Shown in pieces: positions 26,101 to 38,135 of a DNA stretch of 64,000 nucleotides (positions within the stretch are counted from its first letter, which is position 1; each line of letters starts with the position of its first letter). The stretch is from Macrostomum lignano (Eukaryota). Under the pieces are notes generated by a model, which worked only from the letters and a program-made list of their open reading frames with translations, ran no database searches and was not told the DNA's origin. A program made the position numbers and the translations under genes. The stretch lies in contig NIVC01000992.1 of NCBI GenBank assembly GCA_002269645.1, forward strand, positions 248,001-312,000, in the 5' to 3' direction.

Positions 26101-29100
26101 GATAGATAGACACACAAGACACTGATAGATAGACACACAAGACACTGATAGATAGACACACAAGACACTGATAGATAGACACACAAGACACTGATACATG
26201 ATACACAGATACACACAAGACACTGATAGATGATACAGATACGAGCGTACACACAAGACACTGATAGATGATACAGATACACATAAGACACTGATACATG
26301 ATACACAGATACACACAAGACACTGATAGATGATACAGATACACACAAGACACTGATACATGATACACAGATACACACAAGACACTGATAGATGATACAG
26401 ATACACACAAGACACTGATACATGATACACAGATACACACAAGACACTGATACATGATACCTAGACACACAAGACACTGATACATGATACCTAGACACAT
26501 AAGACACTGATACATGATACACATATACACATAAGACACTGATACATGATACACATACACATAAGACACTGATACATGATACACATATACACACAAGACA
26601 CTGATACATGATACCTAGACACACAGGACACTGATACATGATACACAGATACACACAAGACACTGATAAATAACCCATCAGACAACTCACCGTAAAACTT
26701 AAGCGATTCGCACTCCATAGGGCACACTAGCGAAGCAGCCTCTGTAGACACCAAATCGTCCAGCCTCTTCTCGCCGTGATGCAGCTCGCAGCTGACTTTA
26801 ATCTTCGAATAGCGCGAGCTTAACGAATCGTTGCCAGGCAGCCTATGCAGCGAACTGACGCAGACGTAAAAATACTCGTGAAAACTGCCAGCCTGCTCCT
26901 CCTGCATGGCCTGACAGCAGCCGTACGGCGTGTCCCAAGTCGATATCTTCGATAGCTGCGCATCCTCGCAACAGAAATGATAATTAGCCGACCAGCAGAA
27001 GCAAAACAAATTCACCTGTTGCAGAAGCGACTCTTGCAACAATTCTAATTTATCAACTAGGGTATTCCTAGGCAACTCGTGCTGGTGATACTTCATGATA
27101 GTCTCGATGTCGTTAATGTATCTGAGAATATCTGGCAGAATTAGATTGCCGCATTTGGTGCAGATGAACTTGACTATCTGAATCAGATGGGTCAGGCTGG
27201 AGTCCTGCGATTGGCCGCTTAGCAGGGCCTGCTTTTGGCGCAGGAATTCGTTTAACAACTGGCTGATTGCAGCGCTGGAGTAGGCGGGGGTGGGTGTGCT
27301 TTTGTAGACTTGCTTGCTCCATTGTTCTGAATTAATCATCAGAAATGATTAGAATTGCTTTGCTTGCTTTGGGGGAGACTGACAGGACGGAGTGGGATGG
27401 AGAGTGACAAGACAGAATGAAAGGGAGAGTGACAAGGCAGAGTTGGATGGAGAGTGACAAGAAATAATGAGAGGGAGAGTGACATAACAGAGTGGGAGGG
27501 AGTGTGACAATCCAGAGTGACAAGTAGAGTGACAAGCCAGAGTGGGAAGTAGAGTGACAGGGCAGAACGAGAGGGAGAGTGACAAGCCAGAGTGAGAAGT
27601 AGAGTGACAGGGCAGAACGAGAGGGAGAGTTACAAGACAGAATGAGGGGGAGAGTGACAAGCCAAGTGAGTAGAGTGACAAGCCAGGGTGAGAAGTAGAG
27701 TTACAAGACAGAATGAGAGGGAGAGTGACATAACAGAGTGGGAGGGAGTGTGACAATCCAGAGTGACAAGTAGAGTGACAAGCCAGAGTGAGAAGTAGAG
27801 TGACAGGGCAGAACGAGAGGGAGAGTGACAAGCCAGAGTGAGAAGTAGAGTGACAGGGCAGAACGAGAGGGAGAGTTACAAGACAGAATGAGAGGGAGAG
27901 TGACAAGCCAAGTGAGTAGAGTGACAAGCCAGGGTGAGAAGTAGAGTTACAAGACAGAATGAGAGGGAGAGTGACAAGCCAAGTGAGTAGAGTGACAAGC
28001 CAGAGTGAGAAGTAGAGTGACAAGCCAGAGTGAGAAGTAGAGTGACAAGCCAGAGTGAGAAGTAGAGTGACAAGCCAGAGTGAGAAGTAGAGTGACAAGG
28101 CAGAACGAGAGGGAGATGTGACAAGACAGAATGAGAGGGAGAGTGACAAGACATAATGAGAGGGAGAGTGACATAACAGAGTGGGAGGGAGTGTGACAAT
28201 CCAGAGTGACGAGTAGAGTGACAAGCCAGAGTGAGAAGTAGAGTTACAAGACAGAATGAGAGGGAGAGTGACAAGCCAGAGTGAGAAGTAGAGTTACAAG
28301 ACAGAATGAGAGGGAGAGTGACAAGCCAGAGTGAGAAGAAGAGTGACAAGGAAGAACGAGAGGGAGAGTGACAAGACATAATGAGAGGGAGAGTGACAAG
28401 ACATAATGAGAGGGAGAGTGACAAGACATAATGAGAGGGAGAGTGACAAGACATAATGAGAGGGAGAGTGACAAGACATAATGAGAGGGAGAGTGACATG
28501 ACATAATGAGAGGGAGAGTGACAAGACATAATGAGAGGGAGAGTGACAAGACGGAATAAGAGGGAGACCGTGTAAAAAATAAGACACCTGGGCCTCACCT
28601 GTCCACATCGCAACTGAAACTGCTGTACTTTGCGGGCAGGTGAAAGGCGGCCTCCAGATCCTCTTTGCTCCGGCCAAGAAATCGCCTGGGATCGCGGATG
28701 TCACTGATGCGCTCCAGGCTGAATTCGTAGCGTTGACAGCGGCAGGTCTCTTGGAATACGGAGTGACTGCGCAGGGCCTCGTCTCTGCGGGTTTTGTGAC
28801 AACAACTGATGGTGATTTTAGCCCGATAGAGGAAAGATAGAGGGGAATCAGACAGGGGAAGATCGGAGGGGGAATCAGACAGGGGAGGATCGTAGGGGGA
28901 ATCAGACAGGGGAGGATCGGAGGGGGAATCAGACAGGGGAGGATCGTAGGGGGAATCAGACAGGGGAGGATCGGAGGGGGAATCAGACAGGGGAGGATCG
29001 TAGAGGGAATCAGACAGGGGAGGATCGAAGGGGGAATCAGACAGGGGAAGATCGGAGGGGGGACTCAGACAGGCAAGGATTGGAGGGACTCAGACAGGCG

Positions 29101-32100
29101 AGGATTGGAGGGAATTAGACAGGGGAGGATTGGATGGGAATCAGACAGGGGAGGATTGGAGGGGAATCAGACAGGGGAGGATCGTAGGGGAAATCAGACA
29201 GGGGAAGATCGGAGGGGGAATCAGACAGGGGAGGATCGTAGGGGGAATCAGACAGGGGAAGATCGGAGGGGGAATCAGACAGGGGAGGATCGTAGGGGGA
29301 ATCAGACAGGGGAGGATCGGAGGGGGAATCAGACAGGGGAGGATCGTAGAGGGAATCAGACAGGGGAGGATCGAAGGGGGAATCAGACAGGGGAAGATCG
29401 GAGGGGGGACTCAGACAGGCAAGGATTGGAGGGACTCAGACAAGCGAGGATTGGAGGGACTCAGACAGGCGAGGATTGGAGGGAATTAGACAGGGGAGGA
29501 TTGGAGGGGAATCAGACAGGGGAGGATTGGAGGGGAATTAGACAGGGGAAGATCGGAGGGGGAATCAGACAGGGGAGGATCGGAGGGGGAATTAGACAGG
29601 GGAGTATCGTAGGGGGAATCGGACAGGGGAGGATTGGAGGGGAATTAGACAGGGGAAGATCGGAGGGTGAATCAGACAGGGGAAGATCGGAGGGGGAATC
29701 AGACAGGGGCAGATTGGAAGGGGAATCAGACAGGGGAGGATCGGAAGGGGACTCAGACAGGCGAGGATTGGAGGGGAATTAGACAGGGGAGGATTGGAGG
29801 GGAATTAGACAGGGGAGGATTGGAGGGGAATTAGACAGGGGAAGATCGGAGGGTGAATCAGACAGGGGTAGATCGGAGGGGGAATCAGACAGGGGCAGAT
29901 TGGAGGGGGAATCAGACAGGGGAGGATCGTAGGGGGAATCAGACAGGGGAGGATCGTAGGGGGAATCAGACAGGGGAGGATCGTAGGGGGAATCAGACAG
30001 GGGAGGATCGGAGGGGAATCAGACAGGGGAAGATCGGAGGGTGAATCAGACAGGGGAAGATCGGAGGGGGAATCAGACAGGGGCAGATTGGAGGGGGAAT
30101 CAGACAGGGGCAGATTGGAGGGTGAATCAGACAGGGGAAGATCGGAGGGGGAATCAGACAGGGGAGGATCGTAGGGGGAATCAGACAGGGGAGGATCGTA
30201 GGGGGAATTAGACAGGGGAGGATCGTAGAGGGAATCAGACAGGGGAGGATCGGAGGGGGAATCAGACAGGGGAAGATCGGAGGGTGAATCAAACAGGGGA
30301 AGATCGGAGGGGGAATCAGACAGGGGCAGATTGGAGGGGGAATCAGACAGGGGCAGATTGGAGGGTGAATCAGACAGGGGAAGATCGGAGGGGGAATCAG
30401 ACAGGGGCAGATTGGAGGGGGAATCAGACAGGGGCAGATTGGAGGGTGAATCAGACAGGGGAAGATCGGAGGGGGAATTAGACAATCGAACTCACGGTCT
30501 CAAATATTCGTCGCGACCGCAGATTCTCAACAAGAACTGATTGACATCCATTTGCCGCTCGCCGTACAAACTAGCTATGCGATCGGAGAGTGCAGAGTCG
30601 AATAGCAAGCTGAACATGACATCCTCAACTTTGCTGGATACTGAGGAAATCCGAAAACAAATTTAATGTTTCTTTTCCGTCTTTGACAATAAAATTTTGT
30701 AAACAATGATTAAATGAATTAATCATTATGTACTTTGTATCTTAGAATCAACCAGTTAACCAAGTATATAGATATCGATTTCTTAAAATCACTCTGTTTA
30801 ACAAGTGTATCGATATCGATATTCTGAGAATAAGCAAGTTAACCAAGTGTATCGATATCGATATTCTGAGAATAAGCAAGTTAACCAAGTGTATCGATAT
30901 CGATATTCTTAGAATTAGCAAGTTAACCAATTGTATCGATATCGATATTCTTAGAATCAGCAAGTTAACCAAGTGTATAGATATCGATATTCTTAGAATC
31001 AGCAAGTTAACCAAGTGTATCGATATCGATATTCTTAGAATCAGCAAGTTAACCAAGTGTATAGATATCGATATTCTTAGAATCAGCAAGTTAACCAAGT
31101 GTATCGATATCGATATTCTTAGAATCAAGCAGTTAACCAAGTGTATCGATATCGATATTCTTAGAATCAAGCAGTTAACCAAGTTTATCTTGATACTAGA
31201 ATGGAACTATAACTCGTTAAAAATGGGTATAAAAACCCTACTATAATACTAATAAGTAGAAACTTACGACTCCAAGTTGTATCAAAGCTAATTCCGGCAA
31301 AGTGCAGTGTGACGGGCACCTCCGTGACAAATACAACACCGCTAGGATTAACGTGATTAAATATGCAGCCAATATTGTCGCAAGAATTGACAAAGTGTCC
31401 GCCGCCGCCGCCGCCCGGCCGTGACGAGGCCGCTGGATTCGCGGGGTCTCTAGGCTGGCATTCGTTTCGTTGAATCCGCTGTATCTCTTCGGAGAACAGG
31501 TACAGCTCCGGGTCTGGGGTGCAGGGTACTACTCGAATATTCGATTCGGTTAGCAATACGGCGTTCCGCAACTGAGAATCGGATTGGAAACCCGGCCGCG
31601 GACTTCGAAGACCCTGAGCATAAATAAGTATATGAATATTTCATTTATCAATTAGTAAGCTTTTATTTTTGAATAATTTTGAAGTCACACAAGACAGACG
31701 CGAAAATATTTGTGCAAGCCGTGTGCAATCACGTCTAAAATGGGATTGCGTCTAATGGCGGCGTGAAGAGTGACTAGCTGTGTGACTAGAAGAGTAACTA
31801 CCTGTGTGACTAGAAGAGCGACTACCTGTGTGACTAGAAGAGTGACTAGCTGTGTGACTAGAAGAGTGACTACCTGTGTGACTAGAAGAGTGACTAGCTG
31901 TGTGACTAGAAGAGTGACTACCTGTGTGACTAGAAGAGTAACTACCTGTGTGACTAGAAGAGTGACTACCTGTGTGACTAGAAGAGTGACTACCTGTGTG
32001 ACTAGAAGTGACTACCTGTGTGACTAGAAGAGTGACTACCTGAGTGACTAGAAGAGTGACTACCTGTGTGACTAGAAGAGTGACTACCTGTGTGACTAGA

Positions 32101-34993
32101 AGTGACTACCTGTGTGACTAGAAGAGTAACTACCTGTGTGACTAGAAGAGTGACTACCTGTGTGACTAGAAGAGTGACTACCTGTGTGACTAGAAGAGTG
32201 ACTACCTGTGTGACTAGAAGAGTGACTACCTGTGTGACAAGAAGAGTGACTACCTGTGTGACTAGAAGAGTGACTACCTGTGTGACTAGAAGAGTGACTA
32301 CCTGTGTGACTAGAAGAGTGACTACCTGTGTGACTAGAAGAGTGACTACCTGTGTGACTAGAAAAGTGACTAGAAGAGTGACTATTTGAGTGACTATTTG
32401 AGTGCCTACAAGTGTGACTAGAATAGTCAATACCATATGAACAACTGCATAGTGGAACTGAAAAATCAGGGCCGAGTGCTATAATCAGAGTAATAGAACA
32501 GGGGTGCCAATAATTAAGCTTATCAGTAACAAAGTGTGTAGTAGGGAATTAATACCACCGCCAGATTTTGCATTAAACCTACTGACAAAAAGCCGTATAA
32601 GTTTCAATCAAAATTTCCATATACTGTAAAACAAAATCAAAGTCAAATTGGGACAAGAGTGTGTACAAGACAATAAATATCGATTTAGCAATACTGCGGT
32701 GTGGGCAGGTAGCTCGTAGGTACCACAAAAGCAAATAGCCAAAAATTTCAACACAACGTTGATCATTAATTTGAAAAAAGCAATTCAAATTTTCTTTCAA
32801 ATTACCCTGTCAATCCGGCATTGATGCAGATGGCCCTGCTCAAAAATGGAAATTTATTTAATCCATAGCAGTTTACATGCGGCTAGCTAGAACAATTATA
32901 CCTAAAATAAAATCCTGCGCTGCTACTAGGTAAAAGTTAATCAGTAGCATAGCATGCATGAAGATGGAGAAAAATGAAAAAAGAACTGTGGCCTCGGCCA
33001 TAGACAAATAAAGCCAATCAAGCGGGCGGTTCGAAGCTGCAACTCTCCCGATGAAATTGGTGCCACTGATTGAGTTTTTTATTTTTTCATTAGAGGCAGG
33101 GGGCTGTGCACTCTGGCGCACTTTAAGCGACATTGTCGCACAACCGGCGAGAGGCATTACTGCATTACGGATACGTACGCAGTCATACGCACAGGCACAC
33201 ACTCACACAGGAGTGTACAGCGGCCCTAACTTTATCTATCGTTAGACATGTACACTTCACTGTGCCTTGGGGGTTGGCCTTCAAGGGTGTTAATTGCACG
33301 AGCAGAGCCAAGCCGAGATTCCAGGTTCAGGTTAGCCTGTTTAAGGCACACTCTCTTTCCTTCTGTCAGACAGACACACTACCGGGTACGTGTCTTCAGG
33401 TTAGCCTGTTCAAGACACACTCTCTTTCCCACTTGTCAGACAGACACACTACCGGGTACGTGTCTTCAGGTTAGCCTGTTCAAGACACACTCTCTTTCCC
33501 ACTTGTCAGACAGACACACTACCGGGTACGTGTCTTCAGGTTAGCCTGTTCAAGACACACTCTCTTTCCCACTTGTCAGACAGACACACTACCGGGTACG
33601 TGTCTTCAGGTTAGCCTGTTCAAGACACACTCTCTTTCCCACTTGTCAGACAGACACACTACCGGGTACGTGTCTTCAGGTTAGCCTGTTCAAGACACAC
33701 TCTCTTTCCCACTTGTCAGACAGACACACTACCGGGTACGTGTCTTCAGGTTAGCCTGTTCAAGACACACTCTCTTTCCCACTTGTCAGACAGACACACT
33801 ACCGGGTACGTGTCTTCAGGGTTAGCCTGTTCAAGACACACTCTCTTTCCCACTTGTCAGACAGACACACTACCGGGTACGTGTCTTCAGGTTAGCCTGT
33901 TCAAGACACACTCTCTTTCCCACTTGTCAGACAGACACACTACCGGGTACGTGTCTTCAGGTTAGCCTGTTCAAGACACACTCTCTTTCCCACTTGTCAG
34001 ACAGACACACTACCGGGTACGTGTCTTCAGGGTTTGCCCATCGTAACGACAAGCCAGAAGGACGATTTTCTTGAGATGTAGCCTTACTGTTTAGAGCGTG
34101 GAACTCACGACTGAAAGGTCAGGGGTTCGATTCCCGATCCCACTCGGAACAATTTGTGTCTTTGACCAAGACACTTAACTCTGCATTGCTTCAGTTCACC
34201 CAGCTGTAAAATGGGTGCCAGCATTAGCTGGGGCAGTTGAGGGTGTGTGTGGCGACTCCCCAGTCCTTGGACTGAACAGCCGTACGCAGCTTCAGATGCG
34301 CGCGGTTTAATAAAAATGGATATAAGTACAAATAGAACTATATAATAATAAAGCAAGAAGACTCACCACACTATCGTCCATTGAGCCGCCAGTTCCAGAC
34401 TCGCCGCCTTCTGAACACAGAGCTGCTGCTCCAATTTGCTGCACAGAGGACGGATTTGGCGAACAAGAATTCGAACGGTTCTCCTGCCGCTGTTGAGGCG
34501 GTTTAAGAAGCGGCACTCGAGATTCCTTAGTCGAATAAGTCGCTGCTACAGTGGTGTCAATAGAGTCCGACACTGAAGCGGAGGCCGCACTGACAACAGG
34601 CAGCCTGGGCGATACTGATCTCCGAGAACTTGGCGCCGCACTATTATCAGGCACAGGAGCCGACGTGCGTCGGCCGCCGGCAGCGGCGTTACTTGAAAAT
34701 GAATTTGAATTCAAATTCGTGCCACTACCGCTGCTGCTGTTACTACTACTAGTAGAAGTAGAGGTTGGCAGCGGAGGCGGCGGCGGTGGCGGCGGCGGCG
34801 GCAGAGAAGGCAGGCCCTGCACTACTGGCGGAGTCGGAGTCGACACGGACCGGCCTAGATGCGCCGGCGTCGCGGCCACCTCAAGGAATTTGATGTCGAA
34901 AATGTCGTCGGCGGTGGGACTGTCGCTGCCGCCGCTGCCACCGCCGCCGCGGTACAGCGGGTCAAAGGCGAGCAGGATGTTCTGATCGACCAT
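14111..34993 (-). CDS. PIK3C2A: Class II phosphatidylinositol 3-kinase (PI3K-C2 family), ~12 exons, ~1640 aa
   Basis: Hand-spliced exons (minus): 34367-34993, 31268-31613, 30496-30640, 28599-28784, 26691-~27320, 24629-24804, 23895-24199, 22800-23460, 20865-21301, 19421-19777, ~18130-18797, 14111-14500. GT-AG sites and phases agree at 9 of 11 junctions. Domain order: RBD (FLLRICGRDEYL), C2 (SSLPRETVLSFTL..GWVRLRLFD), helical (DIEVREFAV..YLPQMTQAL), kinase (SFFSSKTMPL, YKKGDNLSID, GVCDRHNDNIM, HIDFAKLLG), PX, C-terminal C2 (LYLKLYLLPGPDRRSKQK..LSIAVW). PX + C2 tail defines class II; the paralogue name is nominal. Confidence 0.93.
14575..15350 (+). repeat. 15-bp minisatellite (GTCAGGTAGAAAAGT), PI3K intron 11
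   Basis: Period 15 with a 225-bp higher-order duplication. Confidence 0.95.
15840..16810 (+). repeat. ~21-bp minisatellite (GGAGATTTGGGGATAAAAGT) with 174-bp higher-order repeat, PI3K intron 11
   Basis: Marker AAAGTACGG recurs at 16121, 16294, 16468 and 16642. Confidence 0.93.
17500..18055 (+). repeat. (GAGT)n-derived compound repeat, PI3K intron 11
   Basis: Direct reading. Confidence 0.9.
18860..19395 (+). repeat. Degenerate ~21-bp repeat (AATTATCCCAATCTTAATCCC), PI3K intron 10
   Basis: Direct reading. Confidence 0.85.
19865..20850 (+). repeat. 29-bp minisatellite (GAAATCCCATCCGATTTCCCACACCCTAA), PI3K intron 9
   Basis: Period 29 at 19981/20010. Confidence 0.95.
21340..22715 (+). repeat. 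22/23-bp minisatellite (TTCAGGTGATGCTTAGCTAGGG), PI3K intron 8
   Basis: Period 22 at 21961/21983. Confidence 0.95.
21389..21582. mobile_element. Candidate solo LTR (194 bp) inserted in the intron 8 minisatellite
   Basis: Termini TGTAGTGC...GCACTACA (TG..CA, 8-bp inverted repeat), flanks GTGAT/ATGAT (5-bp TSD with one mismatch), internal TATA-like run. Confidence 0.65.
23470..23862 (+). repeat. 42-bp minisatellite, PI3K intron 7
   Basis: Unit AATGTACATTCAGGGTGAGGGATTGAGCGGCTTGGTTAACTG; period 42. Confidence 0.93.
24300..24602 (+). repeat. 21-bp minisatellite (GACACGCGGGATAAGCACAAA), PI3K intron 6
   Basis: Direct reading. Confidence 0.9.
24985..26668 (+). repeat. 23-bp minisatellite (GACACACAAGACACTGATAGATA) with ~730-bp internal duplication, PI3K intron 5
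   Basis: The rare marker GAGCGTACAC occurs at ~25512 and ~26243. Confidence 0.95.
27375..28560 (+). repeat. GA-rich ~25-bp compound minisatellite, PI3K intron 4
   Basis: Units such as ATGAGAGGGAGAGTGACAAGACATA. Confidence 0.92.
28838..30483 (+). repeat. 27-bp minisatellite (GGGGGAATCAGACAGGGGAGGATCGGA), PI3K intron 3
   Basis: Period 27 at 28861/28888. Confidence 0.95.
30765..31165 (+). repeat. 42-bp minisatellite containing the palindrome ATCGATATCGAT, PI3K intron 2
   Basis: Period 42 at 30841/30883, ~9 copies. Confidence 0.93.
31768..32420 (+). repeat. 24-bp minisatellite (GTGACTAGAAGAGTGACTACCTGT), PI3K intron 1
   Basis: Direct reading. Confidence 0.95.
33075..33323 (-). mobile_element. 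SINE family A, 5'-truncated copy
   Basis: Reverse complement of ~1500-1764 with scattered substitutions and indels (shared blocks such as AAGTTAGGGCCGCTGTACACTCCTGTGTG and GCAGTAATGCCTCTCGCCGGTTGTG). The tRNA head is missing where the 70-bp array begins. Confidence 0.8.
33326..34032 (+). repeat. 70-bp tandem repeat, ~10 near-identical copies, PI3K intron 1
   Basis: Period 70 at 33421/33491. Confidence 0.95.
34072..34352 (+). mobile_element. tRNA-derived SINE with CORE-like domain (family B)
   Basis: Perfect B-box GGTTCGATTCC at 34124-34134. 34156-34215 (GTGTCTTTGACCAAGACACTTAACTCTGCATTGCTTCAGTTCACCCAGCTGTAAAATGGG) aligns by eye to the CORE-SINE core (TGTGACCTTGGGCAAGTCACTTAAC...CTCAGTTT..CATCTGTAAAATGGG). 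A-rich tail. Confidence 0.75.
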
Positions 34994-35231
34994 GCCGTCT
35001 GTTTGCTGGTGTTGTCTGCTTTTTTATTTCGTTTACTCTGACTGAAGAATATTCGGCGCCAGCTAGTGGCGGCGAGATCAAACGGAGGCCTGATAATGGC
35101 GTTGTCGGGTCAGACTCATGAGATGGCGAAATTAGTGTGCCAAAGTTTTTTAAACAGTAGCATCTTGTGGTATTCAGAAAGTTTTTTTATTCCCCACAAC
35201 TGCAATTTGACTACCGACTTGAGGGTGGCTA

Positions 35232-35998
35232 GTGGGCCAGCAACTGAAATTCTGGGAGGCTGGCCCAGCAACTGAGGATCTGGGAGGCTGGCTCAGCAAC
35301 TGAGGATCTGGGAGGCTGGCCCAGCAACTGACACTCTGGGAGGCTGGCCTAGCAACTGAGGATCTGGGAGGCTGGCCCAGCAACTGACACTCTGGGAGAC
35401 TGGCCTAGCAACTGAGGATCTGGGAGGCTGGCCCAGCAACTGAGGATCTGGGAGGCTGGCCCAGCAACTGAGGATCTGGGAGGCTGGCCCAGCAACTGAC
35501 ACTCTGGGAGACTGGCCTAGCAACTGAGGATCTGGGAGGCTGGTCCAGCAACTGAGGATCTGGGAGGCTGGCCCAGCAACAGAGAATCTGGGAGGCTGGC
35601 CTAGCAACTGACACTCTGGGAGGCTGGCCTAGCAACTGACACTCTGGGAGGCTGGCCTAGCAACTGAGGATCTGGGAGGCTGGCCCAGCAACTGACACTC
35701 TGGGAGGCTGGCCCAGCAACTGAGGATCTGGGAGGCTGGCCCAGCAACTGACACTCTGGGAGGCTGGCCTAGCAACTGAGGATCTGGGAGGCTGGCCCAG
35801 CAACTGAGGATCTGGGAGGCTGGCCCAGCAACTGCGGATCTGGGAGGCTGGCCCAGCAACTGAGGATCTGGGAGGCTGCCCCAGCAACTGCGGATCTGGG
35901 AGGCTGGCCCAGCAACTGAGGATCTGGGAGGCTGGCCCAGCAGCTGAGGATCTTGGAGGCTGGCCCTGCAACTGCTGAGGATCTGGGAGGCTGGCCCA
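35232..35998 (-). repeat. 28-bp satellite family S28, array 3 (inverted), upstream of the PI3K ATG
   Basis: Same unit as 3601-4235 and 10725-11403. Confidence 0.95.
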
Positions 35999-37479
35999 GG
36001 AACTAAGGATGCAGAACCACCTTGCTGATTTCAGCTTATACACATACAAAACAAACAGAACACAAGAGAAAAACAGTTTAACAGAATCGAACGAAAACTC
36101 TGCCATTGGCATTATTATCATTTAAAAAAGACAAGACTAAACAAGTAGCGCAGTCACACGGACAGTTTGTGGTGCTTTGCAGTTTTGCTTATTATCAAAC
36201 AAACAATAGCGCTGCAGCAATGATTTGGGAGCATTCGAAAAGCAGAGAAGAGCAGAGTGTACAGGCGTTCGCTGCAAGCACGGGGCTTAAACCAGAGCGA
36301 TTGAGTTTGTATTCGCCAATAATACTACTAGTACAGTAAAGTAGCACGCAAACAAAAAATCTCACGCATGAAAAATATGCATTGAATCGAGAGAAAGTCT
36401 TATCTTATATCTATCTGGTTAATTTTGAGCCTGCCAAGCGATCGAGTGACTGCTGGCGATACACCAGCAAAGCTACTTAGCTAAGTACTAAATAAAGAAG
36501 CGACGGGTTTTAATGATGATATACGATAAACTAAATTGGCTAATTAACTTCTTTATCTTATCTTGTCTTTCACCGCACGGCTTCCTATAGGTTGATTGCA
36601 CAAAATCTCTCACCCCTTACCCTAACCGATGTACATTAGCCATATAATTAGCTAATGTTTTGGTTTGTATCTCATTTGGAGGTCAATCTATTAATAACTT
36701 AGTCCTTGAGAAAGAATTACCTGTGCTAAATGCTTCTACTACTGAATATATAAGTATTTTTCACTGCTTTTTCTAGCATTTTAATTGACCAAGAGAGATG
36801 GAGAGAAGTTAAACAAAAAAACCCTATAGGAAACTTCGAGCAATGAGAAACTATACTATTATTTATTAATGCTTTTGACTATGCTTTAGCATGATCACAG
36901 GTATTTACTAAAGTATGAGCGATGAAAAATATTCTCAAAATTGCTGAAATTATATTATACTATTTCACTAGAAATTCACTAATTATAAGCTACATTTACA
37001 AACAATGCATAGATACTGAAATTTAAAATTTAGTTAGGTACATATTTTTAGAATTTTTTTCTTCATATTTTCAAGTGTTAAAAGCTTTACTCCATTTTTA
37101 TGGTGTTTTTTTACTTGATTAGAGATAAAGATTATATTTTGTCTACTTAATCATTTGAAAATAAACTTCATTTTTAACTAAATAGAGCAGACAATAACAA
37201 ATCTGAACTGAGACGCACAGAATAATGGTGTACGTTTGCGGCATAAATTATAATTATAAATAACCAACTGATACGGTTGAAAAGACAAAGTTATAGGGTT
37301 TGTTAAAGGAAGCAAAAATTCAGAAAACACATCAAACGTTAACGGCAAAAATTGACAGGCTTCACAAAATATAATTCAATATTCATTTATAACTATAGTA
37401 TAGTTGAAGTTGATGCAGCAATTTTTTTTTCAAACACTTATTTACTATCTTGAGTTTATTCATAGAGTTTTATGTTTTA

Positions 37480-37895
37480 AAACGGCCCGGTTCAAACAGT
37501 CCGTTGAATAGTCTACACCACAAAACGGCCCCTTTTGAACAGTCTACACTATAATACGGCCCTTTTTTAAACAGTCTACCATAAAACGGCCCTTTTTGAA
37601 CAGTCTACCACAACACGGCCCCTTTTAAACAGTCTACCACAAAATGGCCCTTTTTGAACAGTCTACCACAAAATGGCCCTTTTTGAACAGTCTACCAAAA
37701 AACGGCCCTTTTTGAACAGTCTACCAAAAAACGGCCCTTTTTGAACAGTCTACACCAGAAAACGGCCGTTTTTGAACAGTCTACACCAGAAAACGGCCCT
37801 TTTTGAACAATCTACCACAAAACGGCACTTTTTGAACAGTCTACACCAGAAAACGGCCCTTTTTGAACAGTCTACTACAAAACGGCCCTTTTTAA
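37480..37895 (+). repeat. 29-bp minisatellite (AAAACGGCCCTTTTTGAACAGTCTACCAC) downstream of PDK
   Basis: Period 29; related to the PDK intron 3 array. Confidence 0.9.
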
Positions 37896-38135
37896 CTTTA
37901 AGCTCCGTTTTCAAACGCCCCTTTTAATGTATTTTAAGCGACTCGTTCACACGTCATTGAATGCGCTTTCAACCGGTATATTACTAATATCGAAACAAAA
38001 AATGGACATAAAGCAAAGTCTCTATTTTATTATTTAAAGAAGCAAAAGACATCCATCAAATACTCTTAGTTGCTAAGTAGTTACCTATATACTACTAAAA
38101 GTTTCACTAGTCGAACAAAGTACACTATTTCAGCT

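Noticed and set aside
14575-34032. Splice-donor-like words in arrays (CAGGTGA, CAGGTAG, GTGAGT) seemed confined to the antisense strand
   Set aside because: Counter-examples exist: the intron 1 24-mer has CAGGTAGT and the intron 9 29-mer has TTCTTAG on the sense strand. Not supportable without statistics.
34072-34140. tRNA gene (also 1411-1470)
   Set aside because: A/B boxes are present but there is no complete cloverleaf or acceptor stem, and both continue into SINE bodies.
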